Made by a program: the position numbers and the translations under genes | Notes under the pieces: model-generated | What the model saw: only the letters and a program-made list of their open reading frames with translations | Databases searched by the model: none | What the model was told of the DNA's origin: nothing | Assembly (NCBI GenBank): GCA_963764715.1 | Contig: CAVXTP010000014.1 | Span: 32,001 to 96,000 of the forward strand | Reading direction: 5' to 3' | DNA: 64,000 nucleotides | From: an uncultured Acidobacteriota bacterium | GTDB taxonomy: Bacteria; Acidobacteriota; Thermoanaerobaculia; UBA5066; Gp7-AA6 | Shown: piece after piece, positions 17,849-28,976 of the stretch | How the letters are laid out: each line of letters starts with the position of its first letter | Position numbering within the stretch: the first letter of the stretch is position 1

Positions 17849-19546
17849 CTACTGGCCGGGGGTCTTCACCGGCTTCTTGAGCTCGTTCATGACCTGGGTC
17901 AGGTTGTAGCTCGCCGGATCCTGCATCGGCGGGTACGTCTGGTAGGACTCGAGCTCGTGCAACCACAGCGACTGACCAATGGGCAGCATGTTCCAGTCGT
18001 AGAGGTAGGCGGTATAGGGTCCCGCCAGGGTGCCCCCCATGCCCATGAGCGTCTTGTACTGTTGTCCGATGGACGTTTCGAAGGGATCGCGCTTGATGTT
18101 GACGACCTGGGCCCAGGAATACGGCATCACGCCGGCGATGAAGCCCGCCGGGTCGTCGGACACCATGGCGAAGTAGATCTTCCAGTTCTTGTACCGGACC
18201 GCCGAGGGATGGGCGCCGGAATAGTAGAAGAAGGTATCGCGCGCCGACTTCTCCGTCTTGCCCTCCAGATAGTCGCGCTGGTCGACGCCGTCGAGCGTCG
18301 TCTTGACGATCCCGGGATAGGTTCCGGATTCGATCTTCTTCTTCAGCCCGTCGCCCGTGGGACCCCCGGCGATGTCGACGAGCGTCGGCAGCCAGTCGAG
18401 CGACGCGAAGATGTCGCTCTTCACCGTGCCGGGTTTGATGTGCCCGGGCCAGCGCACGAGCATCGGAGCGCGCATGCCGCCCTCCCAGGTGGAAAGCTTT
18501 CCGCCCTTGAACGGAGTGGTGCCGCCGTCGGGATAGCTGATGGTCTCGGCCCCGTTGTCGGTGGTGAAGCAAAGGACCGTGTTGTCGAGCTGGCCCATCG
18601 CCTCGAGCTTCGCGATGACGAGGCCGATGTTGTCGTCCATCTGCTTCATGCCGGCTTCGTTCATGCCCCAGTCCTTGCCGCCGGGCTCACCGACCATGGC
18701 CTGGTATTTGTCCGACAGGACGGTCGTGACGTGCATGCGGGCCGGGTTGTACCAGACGAAGAAAGGCTTGTTGGTCTTCTTGGGGTCGTTGCGATCCAGG
18801 AAGTCGACGACCTTGGCCGAAATCTCCTCGTCCACGGTCTTGGAGCGCTCGAGGGTCAGCGGGCCCTGATCCTGGCAGGACTGGTTCTTCGCCGTGCCGT
18901 CGGAAGACTTGCACCAGATGACGGGGCGTGGCGGCGTCAGGCAGACTCCCTGACTTGGATCGATCGCTCCCGGCACCTCGGCGAGGCCCGGGATCGCCGT
19001 GTTCTTGCACGGCGGAGCCACGGTCTGCTGAGTCGGGGTCTTGTTGATGTCCGGGAAGCTCACGCCCTGCATGGCGTCGAGGTGATACAGGTAGCCCCAG
19101 AACTCGTGGAACCCGTGCGCCGTCGGCAGCGCGTCGGTGTGGTCGCCCAGGTGGTTCTTGCCGAACTCGCCCGTGTTGTAGCCGAGATCCCGCAGGAACC
19201 ACGCGAGCGCCGGCGTGCCGGGTCGCAGGTAGGACGGGCTGCCCGGAAGCTGCGGCGGGATCATGCCGGTGCGGAGCGGATGCATGCCGGTGAAGAAGGC
19301 GTTGCGCCCGGCCGTGCAACTCTCCTCGGCGTAGTACGTCTGGAAGAGGGCGCCTTCGGCCCCGATGCGGTCGATGTTGGGCGTTTCGCCCACCATCAGG
19401 CCGCGGTGATAGATGCCCGGCTGCATGATCCCGATGTCGTCGCCCATGATGAAGACGATGTTTGGCTTCTTCTGCTGCGCGTGGGCCGCTCCGGCCAGCA
19501 TCAGACCGGAGACGGCGGCAAACCATCGAACCCACTTCCCCTTCAT
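17849..19546 (-). CDS. Arylsulfatase (Cys-type) 2
   Basis: Likely start MKGKWVRWF at 19546 with RBS (the ORF-track extension is spurious); KPNIVFIMGDDIG, SCTAGRNAFFTG, GKNHLGD. Confidence 0.95.
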   Translation of the reverse strand: MKGKWVRWFAAVSGLMLAGAAHAQQKKPNIVFIMGDDIGIMQPGIYHRGLMVGETPNIDRIGAEGALFQTYYAEESCTAGRNAFFTGMHPLRTGMIPPQLPGSPSYLRPGTPALAWFLRDLGYNTGEFGKNHLGDHTDALPTAHGFHEFWGYLYHLDAMQGVSFPDINKTPTQQTVAPPCKNTAIPGLAEVPGAIDPSQGVCLTPPRPVIWCKSSDGTAKNQSCQDQGPLTLERSKTVDEEISAKVVDFLDRNDPKKTNKPFFVWYNPARMHVTTVLSDKYQAMVGEPGGKDWGMNEAGMKQMDDNIGLVIAKLEAMGQLDNTVLCFTTDNGAETISYPDGGTTPFKGGKLSTWEGGMRAPMLVRWPGHIKPGTVKSDIFASLDWLPTLVDIAGGPTGDGLKKKIESGTYPGIVKTTLDGVDQRDYLEGKTEKSARDTFFYYSGAHPSAVRYKNWKIYFAMVSDDPAGFIAGVMPYSWAQVVNIKRDPFETSIGQQYKTLMGMGGTLAGPYTAYLYDWNMLPIGQSLWLHELESYQTYPPMQDPASYNLTQVMNELKKPVKTPGQ

Positions 19547-19599
19547 TGCTCCTCCCTTCGTTTGTCGACAGCCTCTCTCCGCCACGAGATTCGTGACAC

Positions 19600-19983
19600 T
19601 CAAGGCTTGGATTCCTGGGCGAGCGCCGTGTCCACCGCACCGACGAGCAGCCGTCCCTCGAACGGCTTGATCAGGAAGGCGATGGCGTCGAGCCGGTCGG
19701 CTTCCCGCCGCGCGGCGACCGTGTCGTGCGCCGTGATGAAGATGACGGGCCGGTCCCGACCCGACTCCACGAGGCGCCGCTGAAGCTCGAGCCCGGAGAG
19801 CCCGGGCAGCCGGATGTCGGCGACCAGGCAGCCGAGCTGCGCGACGTCGCCAGCCTCCAGGAACTCTTCCGCGGAGCCGAAGGTGCGCGCGTCGAATCCC
19901 GCGCCGGTCAGCATGCGTTCCAGCGCCTTTCTCATCCCGGTGTCGTCCTCCACCACAGCCACGGTTCCTCTGCAGACCGGCAT
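19600..19983 (-). CDS. Single-domain response regulator (FixJ-associated type)
   Basis: VAVVEDD, CLVADIRLPGLSG, VIFITAH, FLIKPF; start uncertain. Confidence 0.9.
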   Translation of the reverse strand: MPVCRGTVAVVEDDTGMRKALERMLTGAGFDARTFGSAEEFLEAGDVAQLGCLVADIRLPGLSGLELQRRLVESGRDRPVIFITAHDTVAARREADRLDAIAFLIKPFEGRLLVGAVDTALAQESKP

Positions 19984-20049
19984 CGAACTGGGACGAAGCA
20001 TCGGCTCTGAGGCCGGCCCCCAATAGACGGACGTTCGGGAAGGGAGGCA

Positions 20050-20065
20050 TTGCACTTTGGTGCAA
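20050..20065. promoter_or_regulatory. Palindromic candidate operator TTGCAC-N4-GTGCAA
   Basis: Perfect 6-bp inverted repeat between the LuxR regulator and the receiver/sulfatase genes. Confidence 0.4.
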
Positions 20066-20109
20066 CCCGCCGAATCGAGGGCGGCAGCGCCGGCGTCGGC
20101 GCCCCGGCG

Positions 20110-20760
20110 TCAGTCCGTGGGGGCGGCGGCTCCGGGGGGGGGCCCGGCCCGCGTCCGCAGCATGGTCTCCGCGTGGACGAGCTCCGCCACGGAGCCCGCC
20201 TGCATCTTCTCCATGACGCGCGCGCGATGCGCCTTGACAGTGCGCTCGCTCGTCCCGACCGCCGCGGCGATCTGCTTGTTGAGGCGCCCGGCAACGACGT
20301 GAGTGAAGACTTCCCGCTCGCGCGGCGTCAGGGTGGCGAAGCGGTCGGCGAGCTCCCGCCGTCGGCGGCCGAACTTCGCCTTCGCCGCCTGGCGATTCAG
20401 CGCCTCGGCCACGGCCGCCAGGAGCTCCTTGCGCTGGACCGGCTTGGTCAGGAAGTCGACCGCGCCGGCTCGCATCGCCCGCACGCTCTGACGGATGTCT
20501 CCCCGGCCGGTCAGGAAGATGACCGGGAGCCCGAATTCCTCGCGCGCCAGGGCCTCCTGCAGCTCGAGGCCGCTCGGGCCGGGCATGTGGACGTCGAGGA
20601 TCAGGCAGCCTGCGCCGTCGCCGGGACGGCCGAGGAGGAACTCGCCCGCGGAGTGGTAGTCCTTGACCGCGTAGCCGGCCGCGCGCAGCAGGCGCGCGAG
20701 CGCGGTGCGGAACGAGTCGTCGTCGTCGACGACGTGGATGACCGGCGCGTCGCCCGTCAC
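20110..20760 (-). CDS. FixJ/NodW-family response regulator (REC + LuxR HTH)
   Basis: VVDDD, LDVHMPG, LTPREREV...GRLNKQIA...ERTVKAHRARVMEKM. Confidence 0.95.
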   Translation of the reverse strand: MTGDAPVIHVVDDDDSFRTALARLLRAAGYAVKDYHSAGEFLLGRPGDGAGCLILDVHMPGPSGLELQEALAREEFGLPVIFLTGRGDIRQSVRAMRAGAVDFLTKPVQRKELLAAVAEALNRQAAKAKFGRRRRELADRFATLTPREREVFTHVVAGRLNKQIAAAVGTSERTVKAHRARVMEKMQAGSVAELVHAETMLRTRAGPPPGAAAPTD

Positions 20761-22667
20761 GGCGCAATACCTCCGGCCGCGGTCCGCCGGTCGGCCCGGA
20801 CCTCCTGCTCCCCCGGCAGCAGGAACCAGAACGTGGCTCCGCCGCCCGGGTTGTTCGCCGCGCCGATCGCCCCGCCGAGCCCCTCGACGATCGACCGGCA
20901 GATCGAGAGGCCGAGGCCGACGCCGTGCGGCTTCGTCGTGAAGAAGGACTGGAACAGCCGGGCGCGGTCGAGCTCCGCAATCCCCGACCCGGCGTCCGAC
21001 ACCCGGAACTCGATGCGGTCCCCCGCGGCGCGCGTCGACAGGCGGAGCCGGCGGGCGCCGGGAGGCGTCCGCTCCATCGCCTCCATCCCGTTGAGGGCCA
21101 GGTTGATCAGGACCTGCTGGAGCGAGACCTCGTCCGCACGCGGCACGACGAGGCCGGCCGCCAGGTCGGTCTCGACGCTCACGCCGTGCCGGCGTCCTTC
21201 GTACTGGAGCAGCCGCAGCACGGTCGCGACGATCTCTCCGGCCTCCACCGGCTTGAGCTCGAGCTCGCGCTTGCCCGCCAGGCCGCGGACGCGGCGGACG
21301 ACCTCGCTCGCCCGCAGGTCGTCGCGCCGGATGTCCGCGAGGATCCGGCGAAGCTCGTCAAGACTGCCGCCGTCGGCGTCGAGCAGCATCTCCGCCGCCT
21401 CGGCGTTGGCCAGGATCGCCCCGAGCGGCTGGTTGATCTCGTGCGAGATCGACGCCGTCAGCTCGCCGACGGCCGTGAGGCGGCCCGCGTGCGCCAGCTC
21501 CCGGCGGCGCTCCCGGCTGTCGTCCTCGGCACGGCGGCGTCGGCGGCGCTCGAAGAGCAGCGCCGCGATGAGAACGCTCTGGATCGCGAGCGCGGCGAGG
21601 GTTGCGACGACCGCCGAGCGATGGTCGCTCCACAGCGACGGGGCACGAAACAGAATCGTGCCGCCTTCGGGCAGTCGCGAGTCCGGCACGTGGAAACGCC
21701 GCAATTTCCGGTCGTCGAAGAGCAGGCGGCTGAAGCTCGCGGGATCGCTTGCCCGGACCGGCCGCCCCTCGAGAAGATCCATCGTCTGGCGGGCCGCTTC
21801 GGCGCCGACCTTCCGGTAGTCGAGCACCCACCCGGCCGCCAGGCCGTGGCCCATCATGGTCTCGCTGACGCCCATGACCGGCGAGTTCGAGGTCCGCGCC
21901 ACGCGCGCGAGCACGTCCCGAGGAACGAAGTGGCGGCCGCTCCCGTCGTAGTGATAGCTCTCGAAGAAGACGACGGTGTCCGGGGGCAGCCGCGCCATTC
22001 TCGACTCCAGGTCCTCCAGGCGCAGGCCCGTCAGGTCGACGAACTCGAGGCCGCGTGCGTCGAGGTCCTTCTTCCACTGCGCGTTTCCGCTGGCGTCCTC
22101 CGAAACGTACGCCACGCGCCGCGTGCCGGGAAAAAGCGTGCGGGCCAGATCGACCGTCCGCTCGTTCTGAAATTCGGCCCCGATGCCGGTCACGCCCGGC
22201 GGCAGGCGCGAGGCGTCGAGGCCCCGGCTCGGGGTCAGCAGGACGACGGCGGAATCCGGCCACCGCTCGGCGCGCAGCGGCAGGATGAACTGAAACGCCG
22301 AGGTCGTGACGGCGATGATTGCGTCGAATCGCTCGTCCGCGTACCGCTTGCGGAACCACTCGAGCTGCGCGGGCGCCTTGTCGGGCTGGCGCATGGCTTC
22401 GAGATAGTCGGTCCGAATCGCCGGCCGACGCTCCGCGGGAACGGCGTCGAAGATTTCGAACATCCCGGCCGAGAGGTCGGCAACCCACGGGAGACTCGGC
22501 TGCTCGATGTTGAGGATGAGAACGCTCTTGCGCGTTTCCCGAGAAGCATCCCCGGGGGGTTCGCCGGCGCAGACGCCGGTCGCGAAAACTGCGAGGATGG
22601 CGGGCACGGCCAGTAGTAGGCCCGGCCGCGAAGCGCTCAACCCGCTCGAGGCGCTCAAACAGGGCAC
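20757..22667 (-). CDS. Sensor histidine kinase with periplasmic solute-binding-like domain
   Basis: Signal/TM, periplasmic domain, TM, H-box SISHEINQPL, N-box QQVLINLALNG, G-boxes DAGSG and GVGLGL. Confidence 0.93.
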   Translation of the reverse strand: MPCLSASSGLSASRPGLLLAVPAILAVFATGVCAGEPPGDASRETRKSVLILNIEQPSLPWVADLSAGMFEIFDAVPAERRPAIRTDYLEAMRQPDKAPAQLEWFRKRYADERFDAIIAVTTSAFQFILPLRAERWPDSAVVLLTPSRGLDASRLPPGVTGIGAEFQNERTVDLARTLFPGTRRVAYVSEDASGNAQWKKDLDARGLEFVDLTGLRLEDLESRMARLPPDTVVFFESYHYDGSGRHFVPRDVLARVARTSNSPVMGVSETMMGHGLAAGWVLDYRKVGAEAARQTMDLLEGRPVRASDPASFSRLLFDDRKLRRFHVPDSRLPEGGTILFRAPSLWSDHRSAVVATLAALAIQSVLIAALLFERRRRRRAEDDSRERRRELAHAGRLTAVGELTASISHEINQPLGAILANAEAAEMLLDADGGSLDELRRILADIRRDDLRASEVVRRVRGLAGKRELELKPVEAGEIVATVLRLLQYEGRRHGVSVETDLAAGLVVPRADEVSLQQVLINLALNGMEAMERTPPGARRLRLSTRAAGDRIEFRVSDAGSGIAELDRARLFQSFFTTKPHGVGLGLSICRSIVEGLGGAIGAANNPGGGATFWFLLPGEQEVRADRRTAAGGIAP

Positions 22668-22743
22668 GATGGGTGGATTCTATGTCTCCGGCCTGAAGTC
22701 CGCGCGGGGACGGCTCAGGCGCCGCTCTGCCCCGGGGAGAGCG

Positions 22744-23274
22744 TCAGCCCGCGGGAGGCGGCGCCGACGACTTCCGAAAAAAGATGTCGAAAAGCTTCCG
22801 GTCACCGACCAGGTGTCCGAGCTCCCAGAAGGCGAAGAAAGGAATGAACGCGACGAAAAGGATCAGGGTTCTCCCGAGGATCTCCCAGACGCCCTGGTTC
22901 AGGAAGGCCCCCAGGCTCGCCGCCAACGTCTTCCCGTGGACGAGGCCATCGATCACGTGCTCGAGCACGGCGAACACACCGACCAGCGCTCCGTACGCCA
23001 GGGACGAGCGGAGGACCGAAAACGCCAGGGTCCGGCGCGCGCCTTTCCGGCCGAGCCCCAGGGCCTTGCCGATCAGGATGACCTTGGCGATCACGACGGC
23101 CTCGATGAGCGCGTAACCGTAGTGAAAGGAGCTGACGCCGAACTCCCGCGAGATCAACCGTCGGTAGGTGAGGAAGGCGACGAAGAAAGCGGCGAGATAG
23201 GCGGTGATCAGCAGGAGCAGCCGGAACTCTTCGGCCGCCTTCTCCTTGAGCTGCGCCTTCCTGTCGGTGGTCAT
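22744..23274 (-). CDS. Hypothetical 4-TM membrane protein
   Basis: MTTDRKAQLKEKAAEEFRLLLLITAYL...AKVILIG...FIPFFAFWEL; C-terminal part of ORF-track ORF 22744..24969. Confidence 0.8.
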   Translation of the reverse strand: MTTDRKAQLKEKAAEEFRLLLLITAYLAAFFVAFLTYRRLISREFGVSSFHYGYALIEAVVIAKVILIGKALGLGRKGARRTLAFSVLRSSLAYGALVGVFAVLEHVIDGLVHGKTLAASLGAFLNQGVWEILGRTLILFVAFIPFFAFWELGHLVGDRKLFDIFFRKSSAPPPAG

Positions 23275-23305
23275 GTCTCTTTCGGCCAGAGTCTCGAATA
23301 AGGAG

Positions 23306-23328
23306 CGGGCGCCCCCGAGGGGCGCCCG
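23306..23328 (-). terminator. Hairpin after sulfatase 3
   Basis: CGGGCGCCCC-CGA-GGGGCGCCCG perfect stem; weak U tract. Confidence 0.45.
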
Positions 23329-23345
23329 TCGCAAATCGGATTCGG

Positions 23346-24953
<1,608 letters not shown>

Positions 24954-25050
24954 GAGGACCCTCCTTCAATTTAAGGCGAGTGTCCGCACGGGAGCATGCG
25001 AACGCGTCGGCCCCGCATCCTATCCCGGTTGTGCGAGGGGCCGGGACGAA

Positions 25051-25953
25051 TCAGGCGATCCGCGTCACGCGCCGGGTGTACTTCCTGCCGAGGGAGAGCA
25101 GGCTGCCCGCGAGGCCCGCGGCCGCGCCGGCGAGCGGAAGAAGCAACGCCGTCGGTAGCGGCAGGAATCCCACCCAGAAGACCGACAGCACGGGGTGCGG
25201 GTCCCGGGCGAGCCAGTGCGCCGCGAACCGGTAGGTCCCGTAGAGCAGGCCGAGCGCGAGGGCGCCGCCGAGGAACCCCTCGGCCGTTGCGTAGAGCCAG
25301 AAGGGGGCCCGCACGGCGCCCTCGGTCGCGCCCATCAGGCGCATGATCCCGACCTCGTCGCGGTGGAGGTCGAGCGCGAGCCGCACGGCGGAAGCGACGG
25401 ACAGGATGCCGGCGAGCACCAGGATCCCCCCGAGGAAGAGGCCGGCGTTGCGCACGAGGCCGATCGCGTCGCGGAACCGGCGCGCGAACTCCTCCTCGGA
25501 CTCCGCGGACTCGACGCCCGGCCACAGCTTCGCGGACCCGGCGATCGCGATCCCCGCTCCGCGCGGAGCGTCGGGCTTGAGGACGACTTCGACCGACGGC
25601 GGGAACGGCGCGTCCTTGAGCTCCGCGAGGGCCGCCCCGATGTCCGGAAACGCCCGGCGGAACCGGTCGAGGGCCTCTTCGCTCGGAATCACGCGGACGG
25701 ACCGGACGCGCGGGTCGGGCGTCAACCGCGCCGCGAGCGCCCGGGCGTCGGCCTCCGGCTGGAGCGTGATCACCACCGCCGCGGGCTCTCCCGCCTCCCG
25801 GACGTCCAGGCGCGAGAGGTTGCGCGCGACGAGCGCCAAGAGCCCCGGGACGTAGACCGCGATCGCGATCAGGACGATGGCCGCCAGCGTCTGCCGCGGG
25901 CTCGACTTCGCGATCGACCACGCCTCGCCGACGACGTAGCGCGGCTTAACCAC
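25051..25953 (-). CDS. ftsX: Cell division permease FtsX
   Basis: 4-TM layout; [11 protein letters not shown]...VRAPF; directly downstream of ftsE. Confidence 0.9.
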   Translation of the reverse strand: MVKPRYVVGEAWSIAKSSPRQTLAAIVLIAIAVYVPGLLALVARNLSRLDVREAGEPAAVVITLQPEADARALAARLTPDPRVRSVRVIPSEEALDRFRRAFPDIGAALAELKDAPFPPSVEVVLKPDAPRGAGIAIAGSAKLWPGVESAESEEEFARRFRDAIGLVRNAGLFLGGILVLAGILSVASAVRLALDLHRDEVGIMRLMGATEGAVRAPFWLYATAEGFLGGALALGLLYGTYRFAAHWLARDPHPVLSVFWVGFLPLPTALLLPLAGAAAGLAGSLLSLGRKYTRRVTRIA

Positions 25954-25965
25954 GGGCGGCCCGGC

Positions 25966-26679
25966 TCACGACACCGGGAGGAACGGCGCCTCGCGCACGA
26001 TGGGGGCGGCTTCGCGGGGCCGGTCGGGATCGTGGAGGCGGCCCCGCTCGAGGGTCAGCGTCCGCTTGCCCATGCGGCGAATCAGCTCGATGTCGTGCGT
26101 CGCGACGACGACCGTCGTCCCCCGGATGTTGATCTCGACGAAGAGCCGCATGATCTCCTCGGCGAGCACCGGGTCGAGGTTGCCCGTGGGCTCGTCGGCG
26201 AGCAGCACCGTCGGCTCGTTGACGATCGCACGCGCGATCGCGACGCGCTGTTGCTCGCCGCCGGAGAGCTCGTCCGGGTAGGCGTTCATCTGGTGGTGGA
26301 GGCCCACGCGCTTCAGGACGTGGTACGCCCGGCGCTTCTGCTCCGCGCGCGCGAGCCCCAGCACGTTCTGCACGTACGAGATGTTCTCGAACACGGTCTT
26401 GCGCGCGATCAGTTTGAAGTCCTGGAACACCACGCCCATGGTCCGGCGCAGGTACGGGATCTGCGACTGCGGAAGGACGCCGATGTTGCGGCCGTTGACG
26501 ATGATCTGGCCCGCCGTCGGAGGCTCCTCGAGAAAGAGCAGCCGCAGGAGCGTCGACTTCCCCGCCCCCGAGGGCCCCGTGAGAAACACGAACTCCCCGG
26601 AGTCGATGCGGAACGAAACGTCGAGGAGGGCGTCCCGGAACGTCCCGTATTTCTTCGAGACGCCGAAGAGCTGGATCAC
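25966..26679 (-). CDS. ftsE: Cell division ATP-binding protein FtsE
   Basis: [51 protein letters not shown]. Confidence 0.95.
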   Translation of the reverse strand: MIQLFGVSKKYGTFRDALLDVSFRIDSGEFVFLTGPSGAGKSTLLRLLFLEEPPTAGQIIVNGRNIGVLPQSQIPYLRRTMGVVFQDFKLIARKTVFENISYVQNVLGLARAEQKRRAYHVLKRVGLHHQMNAYPDELSGGEQQRVAIARAIVNEPTVLLADEPTGNLDPVLAEEIMRLFVEINIRGTTVVVATHDIELIRRMGKRTLTLERGRLHDPDRPREAAPIVREAPFLPVS

Positions 26680-28175
26680 GGGGCCCCCGCCGGCGCCGTC
26701 TCGAGCGCGCGCGTCAGCGCCTCGCGGACCGCTGCCGGGTCCGCCCGGCCGCCGGTCTTCTTCATGACCTGCCCGACGAACCAGCCGAACGTCTGGGTCT
26801 TGCCGGAACGGTACAGCGCGACCTGGGAGGGGTTCGACCCCACGATCTCGGCGATCGCCGCGTCGAGCGCCCCGCTGTCGCGCAGCGCGCCGAGCCCCTT
26901 CTCCTCCACGATCGCGGCGGCCTCCGCCGGCGAGTCGAGCATCGCGGCGAAGACCTCCTTCGCCGACGCCGCGGAGATCGCCCCCGACTCGGCGAGGCCG
27001 AGCAGGCCCGCGAGACGGGCCGGGGAAATCGGGAAGGACGAGGCCTCCTCGGCGGAAATCCGGCGCTCCTTCATGAAGCGCAGAACCTCGCCGGTGACCC
27101 AGTTCGACGCGAGCTTCGGCGGCGCTCCGGACTTCAGGGTCCGTTCGAAGTAGTCGGCCAGCTCGCGCGCCGAGACGAGCGTTTCGGCGTCCTGGGGCGC
27201 CAGGCCGTAATCCTTCACGAAGCGCGCGCGGCGGGCGCGCGGGAGCTCCGGCATCCCGGCGACCGACTCCGCGATCCAGGCCTCGTCGACGGCGAGCAGC
27301 CCCAGGTCCGGCTCCGGGAAATAGCGGTAGTCGTGCGCCTCCTCCTTGCCGCGCATCGAGACCGTCCGGCCGGCCTTCTCGTCCCAGAGGCGGGTCTCCT
27401 GCACGATCTTCTCGCCCCGGGCGAGCGCCTCCGCCTGCCGCTCGATCTCGTGCTCGATCGCCTTCGCCACGAAGCGGATCGAGTTGAGATTCTTGATCTC
27501 GACCCGCGTGCCGAAGGGCGCGGCCTCCGAGGGGCGCACCGAGACGTTGGCGTCGCAGCGCAGGTTGCCCTTCTCCATGTCGCCGTCGCAGACGCCGGTG
27601 TAGCGGACGAGCCGCCGGAGCTCCGTCAGGTACGCGGCGGCCTCCTCGGCGGTGCGCACGTCGGGCTCCGAGACGATCTCGCAGAGCGGCACGCCCGCCC
27701 GGTTCCAGTCGACGAGCGAGACGTCGGTCGGCACGTCGGCGTAGGGCGTGTCGTGAAGGAGCTTGCCGGCGTCCTCCTCGATGTGGATGCGCACCAGCCG
27801 GATCGACTTCTCGCCGAGGGGCGTGTCGATCGCGATCGCGCCTCCGGTCGAGAAGGGCCGGTCGTACTGGGTGATCTGGTAGCCCTTGGGAAGGTCCGGG
27901 TAGAAGTAGTTCTTCCGCGCGAACTGGGACTCCGGGTGGATCGTCGCCCCGGCCGCCTTCGCGAGCCGCAGGGCGAGCGTCACGGCCTGGCGATTGAGGA
28001 CCGGGAGAGTTCCCGGAAAGCCCAGGCAGATCGGGCAGGTGGCCGAGTTGGGCGGCGCACCGACGGTCACGGGACAGGCGCAGAAGATCTTCGAGCGGGT
28101 CTGGAGCTGGGCGTGGACCTCGAGCCCGATGACCGGAAAGACCCTGATTTTACTGGGCGTTTCGGCTGCCGGCAC
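26676..28175 (-). CDS. gatB: Asp/Glu-tRNA amidotransferase subunit B
   Basis: IGLEVHAQL, RKNYFYPDLPKGYQITQ, NLRCDANVS, DYRYFPEPDL. Confidence 0.97.
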   Translation of the reverse strand: MPAAETPSKIRVFPVIGLEVHAQLQTRSKIFCACPVTVGAPPNSATCPICLGFPGTLPVLNRQAVTLALRLAKAAGATIHPESQFARKNYFYPDLPKGYQITQYDRPFSTGGAIAIDTPLGEKSIRLVRIHIEEDAGKLLHDTPYADVPTDVSLVDWNRAGVPLCEIVSEPDVRTAEEAAAYLTELRRLVRYTGVCDGDMEKGNLRCDANVSVRPSEAAPFGTRVEIKNLNSIRFVAKAIEHEIERQAEALARGEKIVQETRLWDEKAGRTVSMRGKEEAHDYRYFPEPDLGLLAVDEAWIAESVAGMPELPRARRARFVKDYGLAPQDAETLVSARELADYFERTLKSGAPPKLASNWVTGEVLRFMKERRISAEEASSFPISPARLAGLLGLAESGAISAASAKEVFAAMLDSPAEAAAIVEEKGLGALRDSGALDAAIAEIVGSNPSQVALYRSGKTQTFGWFVGQVMKKTGGRADPAAVREALTRALETAPAGAP

Positions 28176-28214
28176 CGACGAATATTAACACGCGGCCTCC
28201 CCTACAATGCATCC

Positions 28215-28946
28215 GTGGACTGGATCGAGGAGACCCGCGAGGACATCGTCGCCATCCGGCCGGCGAACGCGCCGGAAGGCGTCGTCGTCGCGTTCTCGGG
28301 ACGCGGCGTGGCTCCGGCCGACGAGGCGACGCCGACCGCGTACCTCGCGCGGCGCTTCTCGCGCTCGATCGGACTCGACGGAACGCCGATCCACTGGGCC
28401 CACCAGGTCCACGGGAACGATGCGACGACGGTCCATGCGGCGGCCCGCGGCGAGCCGAACGTCGGGCACTGCGACATCCTCGCGACGGCGCTTCCGGGCG
28501 CCGCTGTCGTCGTCCAGTCCGCCGACTGCGTGCCGATCCTGCTCGCGGCCCCACCGGCCGTCGGTGCGGCGCATGCCGGCTGGCGCGGCTCGGCGAAGAA
28601 CGTGGCCGCCGCGGCGGTCCGCGCCCTCGCCGCGCTCGGCGCGGCGCCCGAGACGCTCCGGGCCTGGATCGGCCCGGCGATCGGGCCCTGCTGCTACGAG
28701 GTCGGCGGCGAGGTCGCCGCACAGTTCGCCGGAGACTTCGTCCGCGCGGGCTGCGGCGGCGGGTTCCGTTTGGACCTGAAGCGCGTCAACGCGGCCCAGC
28801 TCGTGTCCGCGGGCGTCCCCGAAGAGTCGATCGCCGTGCATCCCGCGTGCACGAAGTGCGGCGGCGTGCGCTGGGCGAGCTACCGGCGGGACGGGCCGAA
28901 GGCGGGGAGGATGATTGCGCTGATCGCGAAAGTCCCCCGGGCGTAG
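28215..28946 (+). CDS. pgeF: YfiH/PgeF (laccase-domain) purine nucleoside phosphorylase / peptidoglycan editing factor
   Basis: QVHG, ADCVPILL, AHAGWRG, IGPAIGPCCYEVG, SYRR; GTG start inferred. Confidence 0.9.
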   Translation: MDWIEETREDIVAIRPANAPEGVVVAFSGRGVAPADEATPTAYLARRFSRSIGLDGTPIHWAHQVHGNDATTVHAAARGEPNVGHCDILATALPGAAVVVQSADCVPILLAAPPAVGAAHAGWRGSAKNVAAAAVRALAALGAAPETLRAWIGPAIGPCCYEVGGEVAAQFAGDFVRAGCGGGFRLDLKRVNAAQLVSAGVPEESIAVHPACTKCGGVRWASYRRDGPKAGRMIALIAKVPRA

Positions 28947-28967
28947 GGGCGGGGCTCGTCCCCGCCC
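28943..28967 (+). repeat. GTAG-family REP element
   Basis: GTAG-GGGCGGGG-CTCGT-CCCCGCCC; its TAG is the pgeF stop codon. Confidence 0.8.
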
Positions 28968-28976
28968 TCGGCCGCT

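Noticed and set aside
17849-20980. Apparent 1043-aa sulfatase fusion
   Set aside because: The N-terminal extension is an off-frame read through two response regulator genes; the real start with RBS and signal peptide is at 19546.
26676-28175. gatB without gatA/gatC
   Set aside because: Split gatCAB arrangements are common; the partners are probably elsewhere in the genome.
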